Below are positions 27,005 to 37,942 of a stretch of DNA of 64,000 nt, piece by piece. Numbering within the stretch: the first letter of the stretch is position 1; every line of letters starts with the position of its first letter. This DNA is from Fibrobacterales bacterium (GTDB taxonomy: Bacteria; Fibrobacterota; Fibrobacteria; Fibrobacterales; JAOPTW01). The notes under the pieces are model-generated. The model was not told the DNA's origin and searched no databases. It was given only the letters and a program-made list of their open reading frames with translations. Made by a program: the position numbers and the translations under genes. Where the stretch lies: NCBI GenBank assembly GCA_051532035.1, contig JAOPTW010000014.1, forward strand, positions 1-64,000. The letters run 5' to 3'.

Positions 27005-30000
27005 CTATTCAAACTGAATATACAACACCCCTCGCGGAGCATTGTCTGACAATAAAACCGTATCATCATACAGCTCTCCTGATTCAATCAACGCCCCATG
27101 AATACTATAAACACTATAACGAATAGCAGATTCAGGAGCTTGTACAAACTGAGCCCGAGAACCCACATTTGAAACCATTATTCCCGACCTCACAGCATCA
27201 AGACTCCGAATTGTATTTATAGGTGTCTGTGCGTTAGAAGATACATCGGCACTACTGCTACTCAGCTGAGCCCCTCCACCTGGCACTGTTTCAATACTAG
27301 ACTGTTGAGTACCTAAATCAGGTACTCCTGTCAAACCAGACGATTGCGTATTAGGTACTCCACTCATACCAGAACTGCTGAGTTGACCCCCACTAGAAAG
27401 CCTTGGGGTAACAGTAATTGCCATGCTAACAGCCATAGACGTATCTACACCATCAGTCATCCTTATAGGCACGATGAGTTCACCACTAAAGCCATTTATT
27501 GGAGTAATTGTGTTACCCATAACAGTATAATTATTGCCTAAGTCAATGATTTGAACCAAACTATCACCGTCATTATCATAAAAGTCTACCATTGAGTTTA
27601 TTATAGTCAGCGCTTGACCTTCAACAACTGTTTGTGGGTTAATTGAATTAATCGCAGGCACATCATTCTGCGGTATTACTGTGATAAGCATTTCCTTCAC
27701 ATTTGATTTTAGTAACCCATCAGTAACATGCACTGGAATGACCAATGTCCCATGAAAATTTGAAGCTGGTGTGATAACACTGTTAACGATACTATACTCT
27801 GCTCCGGCATGTAGTGTAAGAGTAAGGGTATCACCATCAATATCGCTCACATCTACCATCGATAAATACACGTTTAAGCTGGCATCCTCAATAATTATTT
27901 GAGGCATCACGGACGAGATAACAGGAGCATCATTAACCGGAACAACAGTCAATCTCAATGAATCTAATCCCGAACGTTCTAAACCATCCGTTACACGAAA
28001 TGGTATGAACAAATCACCATTAAAATTTTGCGAGGGAGTAATCACATTATTTGTTACAGTATAATGCCTTCCATTTTCAAAAATGGTTTGCAATGTATCA
28101 CTATCAACATCTGTTACATTAATCATTGAGTCAGATAATGTAAAATAATTGTCTTCACTAATTGTTTGATCAATTACTGAAGTAACTATAGGTGCATCAT
28201 TTACAGGAGTTATTGTAAGTTTTAACATTTTCTTTTCAGACGGTGCAAAGCCATCAAAAATGCTCACAGGAACCATTAATTCTCCAGAAAAATTTTCATC
28301 CGGTGTTATAAGATTATTAGAAACGCTATACCCCGATTTTTTTTCAATAATATAGCTCCAAGAGTCACCGTCAATATCCCTTGCCTGAAGCATTGTATCC
28401 ACGATTGTTATTGTCATATCTTCTTTGATAATTTGGGGATTAATTGAAGTTAAAACCGGAGCATCATTTACAGGAGTAACCGAAAACACCACATAACCTG
28501 TATCATTGAATACCCCATCAGACATAACATACTCAACGGTATCTAACCCATTCCAATTTTCAACTGGTTTATATTGCATTTGATCACCATTAATTGTTAT
28601 GCTTCCAACCCTAACTGAGCTAGTTATAATTGAGTCAAAGGTCAAAGTTTCATTTGGCGAATCAATATCATTTAAAATCAAGGTAGCGAGATCAACTGAA
28701 CCCTCAATATCTTCGAATAAAGTAATTACATCTTTTTCTGCAATAGGAGCACGATTGGTTAATGTCTGTTCAAATAAAGCAATAGCATAGTTCCCCCATA
28801 AAGTATCACCAATAAAGAGTACTTCTCCTACTCGGTATTTAATAGAGTCAACTACCCCTTCAGCTGTTCCATTAGGAAAAGAAAATTGTGTTATAGAGTC
28901 TGTTGTACCAATGCCAAAAACTGAATCAACTTTAACAACAAGTGGCTCCTGATAGCGCTCTATATCATAATCATTGAGTAAAAGCATGCTCAAGGCAAAG
29001 GTTGTTGCCACCTCAATACTATCTCTAAATGCCATTGGTGCATTATTGACCATCATCAATCCCGGATAACTTTTCCCCTCAAGAATTGTCCAATTTGAAA
29101 GAAATGACCACCCGGTATAGGAGCTCTGCATCTTCATACTATTAGTTGTAAGTCCTTCTGCTTCTCCTGCAGACTGAATTTTTCCTGAAGTATTTATATC
29201 CCAGTAAATATTTGTAGATGAAATAAAATCATAATCATACCCAACAATCCCTCCAGAACTTGTTGAGAGACTACTAACATATCCAGTACTATAACTATTT
29301 TCATGAGATCCAAACGTATTCCCATCTCTTTGGATAAATTGTTCTCCAACGAGACCACCAGCACTTGACGTCGCAGACACATCTACTGAGCTATAACAAT
29401 TAATGATATTTGACCAATTTTTTATCTCACCAAGTAAACCACCGACATATGAGGCTGCCTCAATTGAACCTGTGGTATAACTGTTTTGGATAGTAGCCCC
29501 ACTATCAATGACTCCTGCGAGTAACCCAGCATAATCATCAGCAATAAGATTTCCACTTACGCCCACATTACGTATTTTTCCACCTGTAACCATACCGAAA
29601 AGGCCGACTGTATCTTCATCTGGGCGATTTATATACAAATTATATATAACATGTCCTCCTCCATCAAAATCCCCAGTAAAAGAAGCCCCACTTCTTCCTA
29701 TTGGTTCAAATCCTTTACCATTATTTTCGGCGAATGAATTAGATGCATTTATATCATTAGTAAGACGGTAACTCCAAAACAAAGGATAGTTAGGTTCATT
29801 ACCAATTTTTTTCAATTCATCATATGAATCTATATCTATAGTATCACGAGGTACTGAAACATATGATGGCCCTGCCCAGGTTGTATCATTGGCAGATTCC
29901 ACAACGCCAGGAAAATAGATAAGATACACTGAATCCTGGGCTCCATTGTGGAACAAAAAATTCGATATTTTTAACACAGTTATACCCGATGATTCCGAGT

Positions 30001-33000
30001 CAACGTCTACATCATTTGACAGCAAGGTTGCATAATTTTGAGGTGTAGGTAGAGATCCAAATGAATCGGCCATGCCAAATTGCATATCATCAACATCTCT
30101 GAGTCCAGGGTATGTCTGCCCTTCTTGTATTTCCCAAATTGTAGTAAAATCCCACCCATCAAAAGAGCTACTCATCTTCATTCGTTCATTAGATAGAGGA
30201 GTACCATAATATAAAGTCCTACGTCCAAGTGTTCTGACGTTCCAATAATTACCAACTATGGTAGGGCTCTCTGGGTCTCTCCTAACAATTTGACCATTCC
30301 AAATTACTCCTCCGCGATCAATGCCTAAATCAATATCATACTCACTACTTAAAGCAATCCCTGCACTATAACAATTTCTAATAGTATACGACTCCTCATC
30401 ATTTGGTGTATGCCCCACAAGACCTCCAGCCTCAGATCCACCAGCCACACCTGCAGTACTATAACTATTATTTATTACAGTAGAAGAGCCTAATTCACCA
30501 ACTAAACCACCCACATTACGATACCATCCTATTACCTGTCCAGAACTATAGCTTTTTGTTATTAATGAACCCTCAACACTATGCCCTATAAGCCCCCCTG
30601 TGTTCTCACGGCCATTAATAATTCCAACGCCAAAACTTTTGGTTATAGATGCTAAGTGAGATATTTTACCTGCGATTGTCGCAACATTATTCAGCCCTCT
30701 AATCGTTCCTTTAACCCCTAGGTCATTAATTATTCCTGACTTTACTACGCCAAAAAGTCCTACGTTTGATGTACCAGGGCGGTTTATGTATAAGCCATAT
30801 ATGACATGACCTGCCCCTTGAAATACTCCTGTAAATGGTTCTGTATCACTCCCTATAGGGTTAAAGCCTGCACCATTATTTTCATCTTTAGAAGGAGTCG
30901 CATCAATAGTATTCAATAATTTATAGCGCCCATACAACGGATAACCAATATGATTACCAATTAACTTCAATTCATCATAGGTTCTAATTTCGATAGTATC
31001 ATTTGGTACAGCAACATAAGTTACAGAAGTTACAATGGTATCTAAATTATCGGTTTCATAACCACTATAATAGAATATATACACTGAGTCTTTCGACCTA
31101 TTAACATGTGCATATTCTGCAAATTTTGATACTGTATCAATTGCACCACCGCTTTCTACATCTAAATCATTTCTGAGGAATTGATCAAAATCTAAATTTT
31201 CTGGGATTGAATCATATGAATCCGGAATTCCAAAAGGTTTATCATCCACACTTCTTAATCCTGGATAACTCTCTCCCTGTAAAATTTCCCATTCATCACC
31301 AAAGTCCCAATACCGAAAAGAGTTGGAATCAAGCATTTGTAAAGTAGTTAAACCATAGCCTCCATCTGATTCACTCTGTCCCGAAGCATCTATACTCCAA
31401 TAACTACTAGATACTCTCCCATCTCTGTTATTATTACCTATTAATCCGCCTCCAAAACCACTTGCCTTTACAAAACCTGAACTATAGCTTTGTGAAACTC
31501 GATCATCATTAAACCCTACTAATCCGCCAATACTATATTCCCCTATTACACTTGCCTGACTATAGCTGGTATAGATACTGCCATTATTTCTACCAGTCAC
31601 TCCACCAACTGCACTCTCACCTGCAACTTTTCCAACTGTAAACACATGATTAATAATAGAAGCTTCTCCTAAATCTCCAACGAGTATTCCAACATAATCT
31701 TCACCAGATACATCACCTACTACTCCAAGATTACTGATATTTGCTTCTTCAACCTTACCAAACAAACCTATATGATTGGATGTTCTATTTATAAACAACC
31801 CATTTATAACATGCCCCGCTCCATTAAATTTACCCATAAAAGGTTCATCAACCGAACCTATTGGCTCAAACCCTAATCCATTATTTTCTACTTTTGATGA
31901 AATTGCATCAATATCTGCCACTAACTTATAAGTACCTACTAACGGATACTCCCACTCTACTCCTATTTTTTTTAATTCTTCATAAGTTGCAATTTCAATA
32001 GTATCATTTGGTATAGCAATATGCGATTCAACCCCCCGTAAAGTATCATTGTTAATTGTCAACTCACCAGGCACATATGAGATATACAAAGAATCTTTTT
32101 TAGTATTTAACTGAATGTCATGTACTATTTTTATTACGCCTACATTGTTATTTTCTAAATCCACATCATTTGTAAGAAACCTAAGTAAGTCAGATAGTTC
32201 AGGTATTGAATCAAAAGAGTCTGGAACAGCAAATGGTGCATCATTAAGCCCCTTTAAACCAGGAAAAGTATTTCCCTCTTCAATTTCCCAGGTAGTCGTA
32301 AAATCCCAATCACCATAGGAACTCTCTTCTTTCATTCTTTGATTTGTTAATCCGGTGCCACCAGCAGATTTTGTTTGATGCGAGAGGTCACGGTTCCAAT
32401 AACTGTTACGAACACTTGAATTATATGCACGTTTAGCAATAAATCCCCCACCATCAGGAATTTGTCCTGTACTATAGCACTTTTCAATTGTGGAAGATCC
32501 AGCCAAAATGCCCACAAATCCCCCACCTTCTCCCTTATAATATGCTTGGACATTAACATTTGCATAACTGTTGCTAACCTCTGAAGATACATTCACATAC
32601 CCAACAAATCCACCCACAACTCTATTACCTGACACCCGCCCATTAGCCAAACTATTCCTTACAATTGATTGTTCTTCCATTTTCCCAACTAACAATCCTG
32701 TAGTATCAGAGCCAGTAACGTCCCCATACAATGCAAGGCTATCAATTATAGCTCCACTTATAGAACCAAATAACCCAACATTTCGTGAAGATCTATAAAT
32801 ATATAAGCCCGAAATACTGAATCCTGCCCCATTGAAATTACCAGTAAATTCACGAATAGGAATAAAACCAGATTGACCATTTTCACTCCGAGACGCTGAA
32901 GCATCTATATCTGCCACTAGCCGATAATATGCATTAAGATCATTCTGAACAATCTTTAAATCTTCATAATCAGCAATCTGAAAAGGATATTCTTCTGTTC

Positions 33001-33097
33001 CAGCGCCATCGGGCACACCATTAACAGCAAAAACTGAGGGGGTCAAAAGGAGTATGGCGAATAAAATAGAGGTGTAATTAAGCATTAAAGTGTCCAA
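27005..33097 (-). CDS. 2030-aa surface protein: four GLUG-motif beta-helix modules, five cadherin-like/tandem-95 repeats, Ser-rich linker and T9SS-like C-terminal domain
   Basis: Signal peptide (likely start MLNYTS at 33085); repeated YxLxxDIDA, GFxPIG, FxGxFxGxGHxIxxLxI, VGGLVG and WDF...W.I..G..YP; VNDAP repeats; YSVYSIHG...RGVLYIQFE tail. Confidence 0.85.
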   Translation of the reverse strand: MDTLMLNYTSILFAILLLTPSVFAVNGVPDGAGTEEYPFQIADYEDLKIVQNDLNAYYRLVADIDASASRSENGQSGFIPIREFTGNFNGAGFSISGLYIYRSSRNVGLFGSISGAIIDSLALYGDVTGSDTTGLLVGKMEEQSIVRNSLANGRVSGNRVVGGFVGYVNVSSEVSNSYANVNVQAYYKGEGGGFVGILAGSSTIEKCYSTGQIPDGGGFIAKRAYNSSVRNSYWNRDLSHQTKSAGGTGLTNQRMKEESSYGDWDFTTTWEIEEGNTFPGLKGLNDAPFAVPDSFDSIPELSDLLRFLTNDVDLENNNVGVIKIVHDIQLNTKKDSLYISYVPGELTINNDTLRGVESHIAIPNDTIEIATYEELKKIGVEWEYPLVGTYKLVADIDAISSKVENNGLGFEPIGSVDEPFMGKFNGAGHVINGLFINRTSNHIGLFGKVEEANISNLGVVGDVSGEDYVGILVGDLGEASIINHVFTVGKVAGESAVGGVTGRNNGSIYTSYSQASVIGEYSIGGLVGFNDDRVSQSYSSGFVKASGFGGGLIGNNNRDGRVSSSYWSIDASGQSESDGGYGLTTLQMLDSNSFRYWDFGDEWEILQGESYPGLRSVDDKPFGIPDSYDSIPENLDFDQFLRNDLDVESGGAIDTVSKFAEYAHVNRSKDSVYIFYYSGYETDNLDTIVTSVTYVAVPNDTIEIRTYDELKLIGNHIGYPLYGRYKLLNTIDATPSKDENNGAGFNPIGSDTEPFTGVFQGAGHVIYGLYINRPGTSNVGLFGVVKSGIINDLGVKGTIRGLNNVATIAGKISHLASITKSFGVGIINGRENTGGLIGHSVEGSLITKSYSSGQVIGWYRNVGGLVGELGSSTVINNSYSTAGVAGGSEAGGLVGHTPNDEESYTIRNCYSAGIALSSEYDIDLGIDRGGVIWNGQIVRRDPESPTIVGNYWNVRTLGRRTLYYGTPLSNERMKMSSSFDGWDFTTIWEIQEGQTYPGLRDVDDMQFGMADSFGSLPTPQNYATLLSNDVDVDSESSGITVLKISNFLFHNGAQDSVYLIYFPGVVESANDTTWAGPSYVSVPRDTIDIDSYDELKKIGNEPNYPLFWSYRLTNDINASNSFAENNGKGFEPIGRSGASFTGDFDGGGHVIYNLYINRPDEDTVGLFGMVTGGKIRNVGVSGNLIADDYAGLLAGVIDSGATIQNSYTTGSIEAASYVGGLLGEIKNWSNIINCYSSVDVSATSSAGGLVGEQFIQRDGNTFGSHENSYSTGYVSSLSTSSGGIVGYDYDFISSTNIYWDINTSGKIQSAGEAEGLTTNSMKMQSSYTGWSFLSNWTILEGKSYPGLMMVNNAPMAFRDSIEVATTFALSMLLLNDYDIERYQEPLVVKVDSVFGIGTTDSITQFSFPNGTAEGVVDSIKYRVGEVLFIGDTLWGNYAIALFEQTLTNRAPIAEKDVITLFEDIEGSVDLATLILNDIDSPNETLTFDSIITSSVRVGSITINGDQMQYKPVENWNGLDTVEYVMSDGVFNDTGYVVFSVTPVNDAPVLTSINPQIIKEDMTITIVDTMLQARDIDGDSWSYIIEKKSGYSVSNNLITPDENFSGELMVPVSIFDGFAPSEKKMLKLTITPVNDAPIVTSVIDQTISEDNYFTLSDSMINVTDVDSDTLQTIFENGRHYTVTNNVITPSQNFNGDLFIPFRVTDGLERSGLDSLRLTVVPVNDAPVISSVMPQIIIEDASLNVYLSMVDVSDIDGDTLTLTLHAGAEYSIVNSVITPASNFHGTLVIPVHVTDGLLKSNVKEMLITVIPQNDVPAINSINPQTVVEGQALTIINSMVDFYDNDGDSLVQIIDLGNNYTVMGNTITPINGFSGELIVPIRMTDGVDTSMAVSMAITVTPRLSSGGQLSSSGMSGVPNTQSSGLTGVPDLGTQQSSIETVPGGGAQLSSSSADVSSNAQTPINTIRSLDAVRSGIMVSNVGSRAQFVQAPESAIRYSVYSIHGALIESGELYDDTVLLSDNAPRGVLYIQFE

Positions 33098-33245
33098 TTA
33101 TTTGATACAAAGGCTACCTTGCAAAGGTAATAATATTGCAAAACAACCCTTGTATGCAAACCATATATTTACACTTCCCATGTTTATTCAGCTTACAATT
33201 TGTAAGCAAAACTAACAGTCCCCCTTGTTAAGATGACTGCACAAC

Positions 33246-33277
33246 AAAAAAGGCCCAATAGCAATGCTATTGGGCCT
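33246..33277 (-). terminator. Intrinsic terminator of the fabF-cyclophilin operon
   Basis: AGGCCCAATAGCA-A-TGCTATTGGGCCT with an A-run on the left. Confidence 0.85.
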
Positions 33278-33301
33278 AAAAAAATCTAGATGTACAATTT
33301 T

Positions 33302-33814
33302 TTACGAATTAGCATCAAGAATAGGATTCCACTCATCAAGACGCGCTTGTTGCGCATCAAGAACGGGTTGATACTCACCTTCGATAGTGATGGTTTTAAT
33401 AGCATCACCTTGTTCAATTGCATCAACAATTTCTTGATCAGCTTCTGAAACAACACAACCAAAAACAGTGTGTTTTCCATCAAGCCAATCAGTAGGTGTG
33501 TGTGTAATGAAAAATTGTGAACCGTTTGTTCCAGGACCAGCATTAGCCATAGAGAGTATACCTGGCTTGTCGTGACAAAGCTCAGCCTTGCACTCATCTT
33601 CAAAACGATAGCCTGGGCCACCCATTCCATTTCCATCAGGACAGCCACCCTGAATCATAAAGTCAGGTAAAACGCGATGGAACATTAAATCATTATAATA
33701 ACCACGTGTTGCGAGGTTAATAAAGTTAGCACTCGTTACTGGTGTCTCATCTGTAAACAGATTAAGATTGATAGTACCTTTGCTTGTTTCAATTACTGCT
33801 TTTATATTACTCAT
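33302..33814 (-). CDS. Cyclophilin-type peptidyl-prolyl cis-trans isomerase
   Basis: [32 protein letters not shown] and [10 protein letters not shown]. Confidence 0.96.
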   Translation of the reverse strand: MSNIKAVIETSKGTINLNLFTDETPVTSANFINLATRGYYNDLMFHRVLPDFMIQGGCPDGNGMGGPGYRFEDECKAELCHDKPGILSMANAGPGTNGSQFFITHTPTDWLDGKHTVFGCVVSEADQEIVDAIEQGDAIKTITIEGEYQPVLDAQQARLDEWNPILDANS

Positions 33815-33823
33815 ATATGTTCC

Positions 33824-35056
33824 TTATGCTTTTCCAAAAATAACTGATGAATTGTGTCCACCAAAACCAAATGAATTACTAATTGCATAGTCCATTTTAT
33901 GATCAACTGGGCCATTTGCACAGCAGTCGAGTTCAATTTTTGGATCTTGATTAGTTAGATTGAGTGTTCCATGAAGTTTTTGTTCCATGAGGCTTTTCAC
34001 CGTTACCACTGCTTCAATAGCAGATGCAGCGCCGAGACCATGACCAATCATTGATTTTGTAGAGTTTACTTTTAATTGTGCAGGGTTACTGCCAAACGCT
34101 TTCATTACAGCGCCACACTCCGCCACATCACCGAGAGGAGTAGAAGTACCATGAGTATTTACATAGCCAATATCAGAAGTAGAAAGTCCTGCAGATTTTA
34201 GTCCATTTTCAAGACACATTGCTACACCCGCACCATCTTCACGAGGAGCAGACATATGATAGGCATCACAAGTAGCCGCATAACCAGAAAGACGTGCAAG
34301 AATTGTTGCACCACGGGCTTTTGCATGAGATTCAGACTCAAGTACAATTGCACCCGCACCTTCACCAATAACAAAGCCATCACGATCAACATCAAATGGA
34401 CGCGATGCCGCAGATGGGTCATCATTACGTGTAGAGAGTGCTTTCATTGAAGCAAACCCAGCAACACCAATTTCACAAACTGCTTCTTCTGAACCACCAG
34501 CAATCATAACATCTGCACGGCCAAGACGAATTTGGTCTGCTGCAGTCATTATTGCATGGTTAGACGTTGCACATGCTGAAGCTGTTGACCAGTTTGGCCC
34601 CATCCATCCAAGACGAATTCCCACTTCACCAGCAGCCATGTTTGTAATAGCCATAGGTACAAAGAAGGGAGACACTCTCCGTGGGCCCTTATTAATATTA
34701 GCTACTGAGCTCGATTGATAAATTTCCATACCGCCCATGCCTGACCCAAGTATGACGCCAGCACGCGTTTTATCAACGGCATCTCTCGCAAGTCCAGCCA
34801 TTTCTATTGCTTTTTCAACAGTATGTACCTGATACATGATATTACGACTTGTTCTTTTAGCGTCGCGTTCAGAAAAATAGGGCGATGCATCAAACTTTTT
34901 TACTTCACCTGCAAATTTTACTGAGTATTTTTCAGTATCAAATCTTTCGATATTAGATATTCCAGAGTTTCCGGCTACTAAATTAGACCAGAGTTCTTCA
35001 ACCTCGTTACCAAGCGAAGAAACAACGCCTAATCCGGTAATAACAACTTCTTCCAT
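33824..35056 (-). CDS. fabF: 3-oxoacyl-ACP synthase II
   Basis: SACATS (Cys), NTHGTSTPLGD, KSMIGH and SNSFGFGGHN. Confidence 0.96.
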   Translation of the reverse strand: MEEVVITGLGVVSSLGNEVEELWSNLVAGNSGISNIERFDTEKYSVKFAGEVKKFDASPYFSERDAKRTSRNIMYQVHTVEKAIEMAGLARDAVDKTRAGVILGSGMGGMEIYQSSSVANINKGPRRVSPFFVPMAITNMAAGEVGIRLGWMGPNWSTASACATSNHAIMTAADQIRLGRADVMIAGGSEEAVCEIGVAGFASMKALSTRNDDPSAASRPFDVDRDGFVIGEGAGAIVLESESHAKARGATILARLSGYAATCDAYHMSAPREDGAGVAMCLENGLKSAGLSTSDIGYVNTHGTSTPLGDVAECGAVMKAFGSNPAQLKVNSTKSMIGHGLGAASAIEAVVTVKSLMEQKLHGTLNLTNQDPKIELDCCANGPVDHKMDYAISNSFGFGGHNSSVIFGKA

Positions 35057-35136
35057 TCAGTCACTCCATTTATGACAACAAATAATGGCTAAATTTACTA
35101 ATTTTCCCTGCATATTCTACTGATTTTAGATACTTA

Positions 35137-35688
35137 ATGGATAAAAAAACCAACCTTGTCTGGATGGACCTTGAGATGTCAGGCTTAGAGCCTGAGACTG
35201 ATTGTATCATCGAGATAGCAACTATTATTACGGATCACAACCTCTATCCAATAGAGGAAGGTCCGGTTATTGCAATCCACCAACCTGAGTCGGTTATTAA
35301 AGGAATGGACGCATGGAACACCAAACACCATGGTGAATCCGGACTCATAGAGCGCGTTCGAAGAAGCGCCTTTTCGCTCAAAGATGCCGAAATTAAAACC
35401 CTCGAATTTGTTAAAAAACATACTGATGTGAATACCAATCCACTCTGTGGGAACTCAATTGGACAAGATCGTCGATTTTTATACAAATATATGCCGAAAT
35501 TGAGTGAGCATCTTCATTATCGAAATCTTGATGTGTCGACACTCAAAGAGCTTGCTGCCCGATGGTATCCACGACTCCCTAAATTTGAGAAACTCGAGAA
35601 ACATCAAGCACTCTCTGATATAAAAGAGAGCATTGAAGAGCTCAAATATTACCGGAAAACTATCCTGAAGGACCCCAAAAAAGTATGA
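35137..35688 (+). CDS. orn: Oligoribonuclease
   Basis: [38 protein letters not shown] and HQALSDI. Confidence 0.97.
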   Translation: MDKKTNLVWMDLEMSGLEPETDCIIEIATIITDHNLYPIEEGPVIAIHQPESVIKGMDAWNTKHHGESGLIERVRRSAFSLKDAEIKTLEFVKKHTDVNTNPLCGNSIGQDRRFLYKYMPKLSEHLHYRNLDVSTLKELAARWYPRLPKFEKLEKHQALSDIKESIEELKYYRKTILKDPKKV

Positions 35689-37058
35689 GTAATTTCCGCA
35701 ATTACGATTACGGAGGCTCTTACAAAAAACATTCTACCTCAAGAAGGCGCCCTATAATTAGGGGGCTTATTGGTGTTGTTGCTGTTGCTCTTATTTATAA
35801 TTTTATATTCTCACCATCTTCCTCAGAAGAAGATGGTGAGAATAACACCGTTACAAACACTGTTCCTTCGAATGAAATAGACAACAAAAATTCTCCCACT
35901 CTCACTCCTGTTACAGAGCCCCAACAGAAGAAACCCTCAAATGAGGTTGCTACTGTTACCCCACTATCTACAAAAAAGGTGTCATCACCCCAAAAAGATA
36001 CTGAAATATTTTTAGACTCTGATATGGATATGGAGCATTACTACTCCTTACAAAAAGATTCATCACTTGCTGCAATGATTAAAATCCGATTAAATCGGCA
36101 CAAACCAACCGGAGCCTTTATTCTGTTGGTCGATGGTAAATCGAATGAGGTACTTGCATGGGGTGAACGAAAAGACTCGTTGCTCTCTGTCATCCCCGAT
36201 TTTATTTCTCGCGCCACTTTCCCTGCAGCATCGCTCAGTAAAATCGTCACCGCAGCCGCTGCACTCGAATCAAAAAAATATTCAAACGCATCACAACTCC
36301 CACAAATTGGTAGAACAGTTACGCTCTATCGCAGACAGGTCAACCCTCCCAAAAACTATTCAGGTCATACCGTATCATTGGAAAAAGCATTTTCACTCTC
36401 TATGAACCCTGCGTTTGCAGTATTGGGAGCACGAGTAGGCGCAAAACGTATGCATACAGCCGCAGAAAAGCTTGGATTTAACACAACCTTCCCCAACAAC
36501 ATACCTCATCGATCAGAGTTTCTCCAAATAGATTCAGGATATGCACTTAAAGAAGCTGCTTCGGGTTTTACCGAACTTAATACGATATCACCTCTCCAAG
36601 CAGCCGGCATTGCTCGTTCTGTACTCTATGGCAAACCTTTTGAACTTCCTTGGTCTAAAGAACTCGCTGGTTATATTCACCACAAGCCTATTGACCTCAA
36701 ATTTCCTACATTCTCTGACGAAACATATGCGGGCCTCCGCAAAATGTTTAACCGAACAACCAAAGCAGGCACCGCACGCACCGCAATGCGAAAACATGTT
36801 TACCGTTCTAATCAACGGAAATACATAACTGGTGGCAAGACAGGCTCTCTTGATGGCAGCAACCCTGCAGGACGCTATGACTGGTTTTTAGGTTGGGCAT
36901 ATAATAAAGATGATATTGATGATGCTGTAATCATGGTAGTGATGCAGTATCACGGAGAGTACCGCAGTCTGAAATCTTCTGACATGGCGGGACTAATGGT
37001 TAACTACTGGGAACGTTATATTTCCCGCAACAAAGATATTGAGGTAGCACAACAATGA
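35685..37058 (+). CDS. Monofunctional penicillin-binding transpeptidase-domain protein
   Basis: One N-terminal TM helix and Pro/Thr linker; SxxK (SLSK), SxN (SMN) and KTG motifs. ATGA overlaps with orn and with lgt. Confidence 0.85.
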   Translation: MSNFRNYDYGGSYKKHSTSRRRPIIRGLIGVVAVALIYNFIFSPSSSEEDGENNTVTNTVPSNEIDNKNSPTLTPVTEPQQKKPSNEVATVTPLSTKKVSSPQKDTEIFLDSDMDMEHYYSLQKDSSLAAMIKIRLNRHKPTGAFILLVDGKSNEVLAWGERKDSLLSVIPDFISRATFPAASLSKIVTAAAALESKKYSNASQLPQIGRTVTLYRRQVNPPKNYSGHTVSLEKAFSLSMNPAFAVLGARVGAKRMHTAAEKLGFNTTFPNNIPHRSEFLQIDSGYALKEAASGFTELNTISPLQAAGIARSVLYGKPFELPWSKELAGYIHHKPIDLKFPTFSDETYAGLRKMFNRTTKAGTARTAMRKHVYRSNQRKYITGGKTGSLDGSNPAGRYDWFLGWAYNKDDIDDAVIMVVMQYHGEYRSLKSSDMAGLMVNYWERYISRNKDIEVAQQ

Positions 37059-37939
37059 ACGAACAAGCACTCAGCTGGTGGAACAAATTCCCCTTAACAT
37101 TTGACGGTACTCTAATTGACATAGGGATTCCCATAAAATATTATGGCCTGATGTATATTTTTGCATTTGCAACCTCTTACACTCTTTTAAAATATTTAAA
37201 TAAAAAAGAACGTCAAGGCTTTACTCCAGAGCAACTCGAAGGCATTGCAACCTGGACCATCGGTGGTGTTCTTGTTGGTGCACGTCTTGGATATGTACTG
37301 TTCTACAACTTCTCTTACTATCTTAAAAACCCTCTCGATATTATCGCCCCCGTTGCCTGGGATGGAAACTCATTTGCAGAACTTTTTGAAGCCTCTCTCT
37401 GGACCTTCAAAGGAATTTCTGGCATGTCTTATCATGGCGGCCTTATTGGCGCAATACTCTTTGGTGTATATTACATGCGCCGTGAAAAGATTGATGTTTC
37501 TAAACTCATGAATCTTATGTTTAGTGTAGTACCTATTGGCTACACTTGGGGCCGTATTGGTAATTACCTTAATGGTGAACTTTTTGGACGAGCAACAGAT
37601 GCTGCCATTGGTCAAGTCTTTTTGAGTGATAAAACGCAAATGGTACGTCACCCATCACAACTCTATGAAGCGTTTTTTGAAGGCTTAGCACTCTTTACAA
37701 TTATATGGTTCCTCAGAAAAACAGCATTCTTTAGAAACCATGTTATCTCAATCTACATCTTTGGCTATGGCTTCTTTAGATTCTTTATTGAGTATTTTAG
37801 AGAACCCGATGCACACATTGGACTCAACCTTCTGGGTCTCTCACGTGGACAACTCCTTTGTATAGGAATGATGCTCTTCTCTATTGGTCTTTGGTACTAC
37901 AGAGAAAAAATTCTTCCTAATCAAACGGCAAAGAAATAA
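37055..37939 (+). CDS. lgt: Prolipoprotein diacylglyceryl transferase
   Basis: YYGLMY, GARLGYVLFY, GMSYHGG, GRIGNYLNGELFGR, RHPSQLYE and EYFREPD. Confidence 0.97.
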   Translation: MNEQALSWWNKFPLTFDGTLIDIGIPIKYYGLMYIFAFATSYTLLKYLNKKERQGFTPEQLEGIATWTIGGVLVGARLGYVLFYNFSYYLKNPLDIIAPVAWDGNSFAELFEASLWTFKGISGMSYHGGLIGAILFGVYYMRREKIDVSKLMNLMFSVVPIGYTWGRIGNYLNGELFGRATDAAIGQVFLSDKTQMVRHPSQLYEAFFEGLALFTIIWFLRKTAFFRNHVISIYIFGYGFFRFFIEYFREPDAHIGLNLLGLSRGQLLCIGMMLFSIGLWYYREKILPNQTAKK

Positions 37940-37942
37940 CCA

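Noticed and set aside
33098..33245. Repeated (T/A)TGCAAA motifs upstream of the GLUG gene as a sigma54 promoter
   Set aside because: No GG-N10-GC spacing found; the motifs are too short to call in AT-rich DNA.
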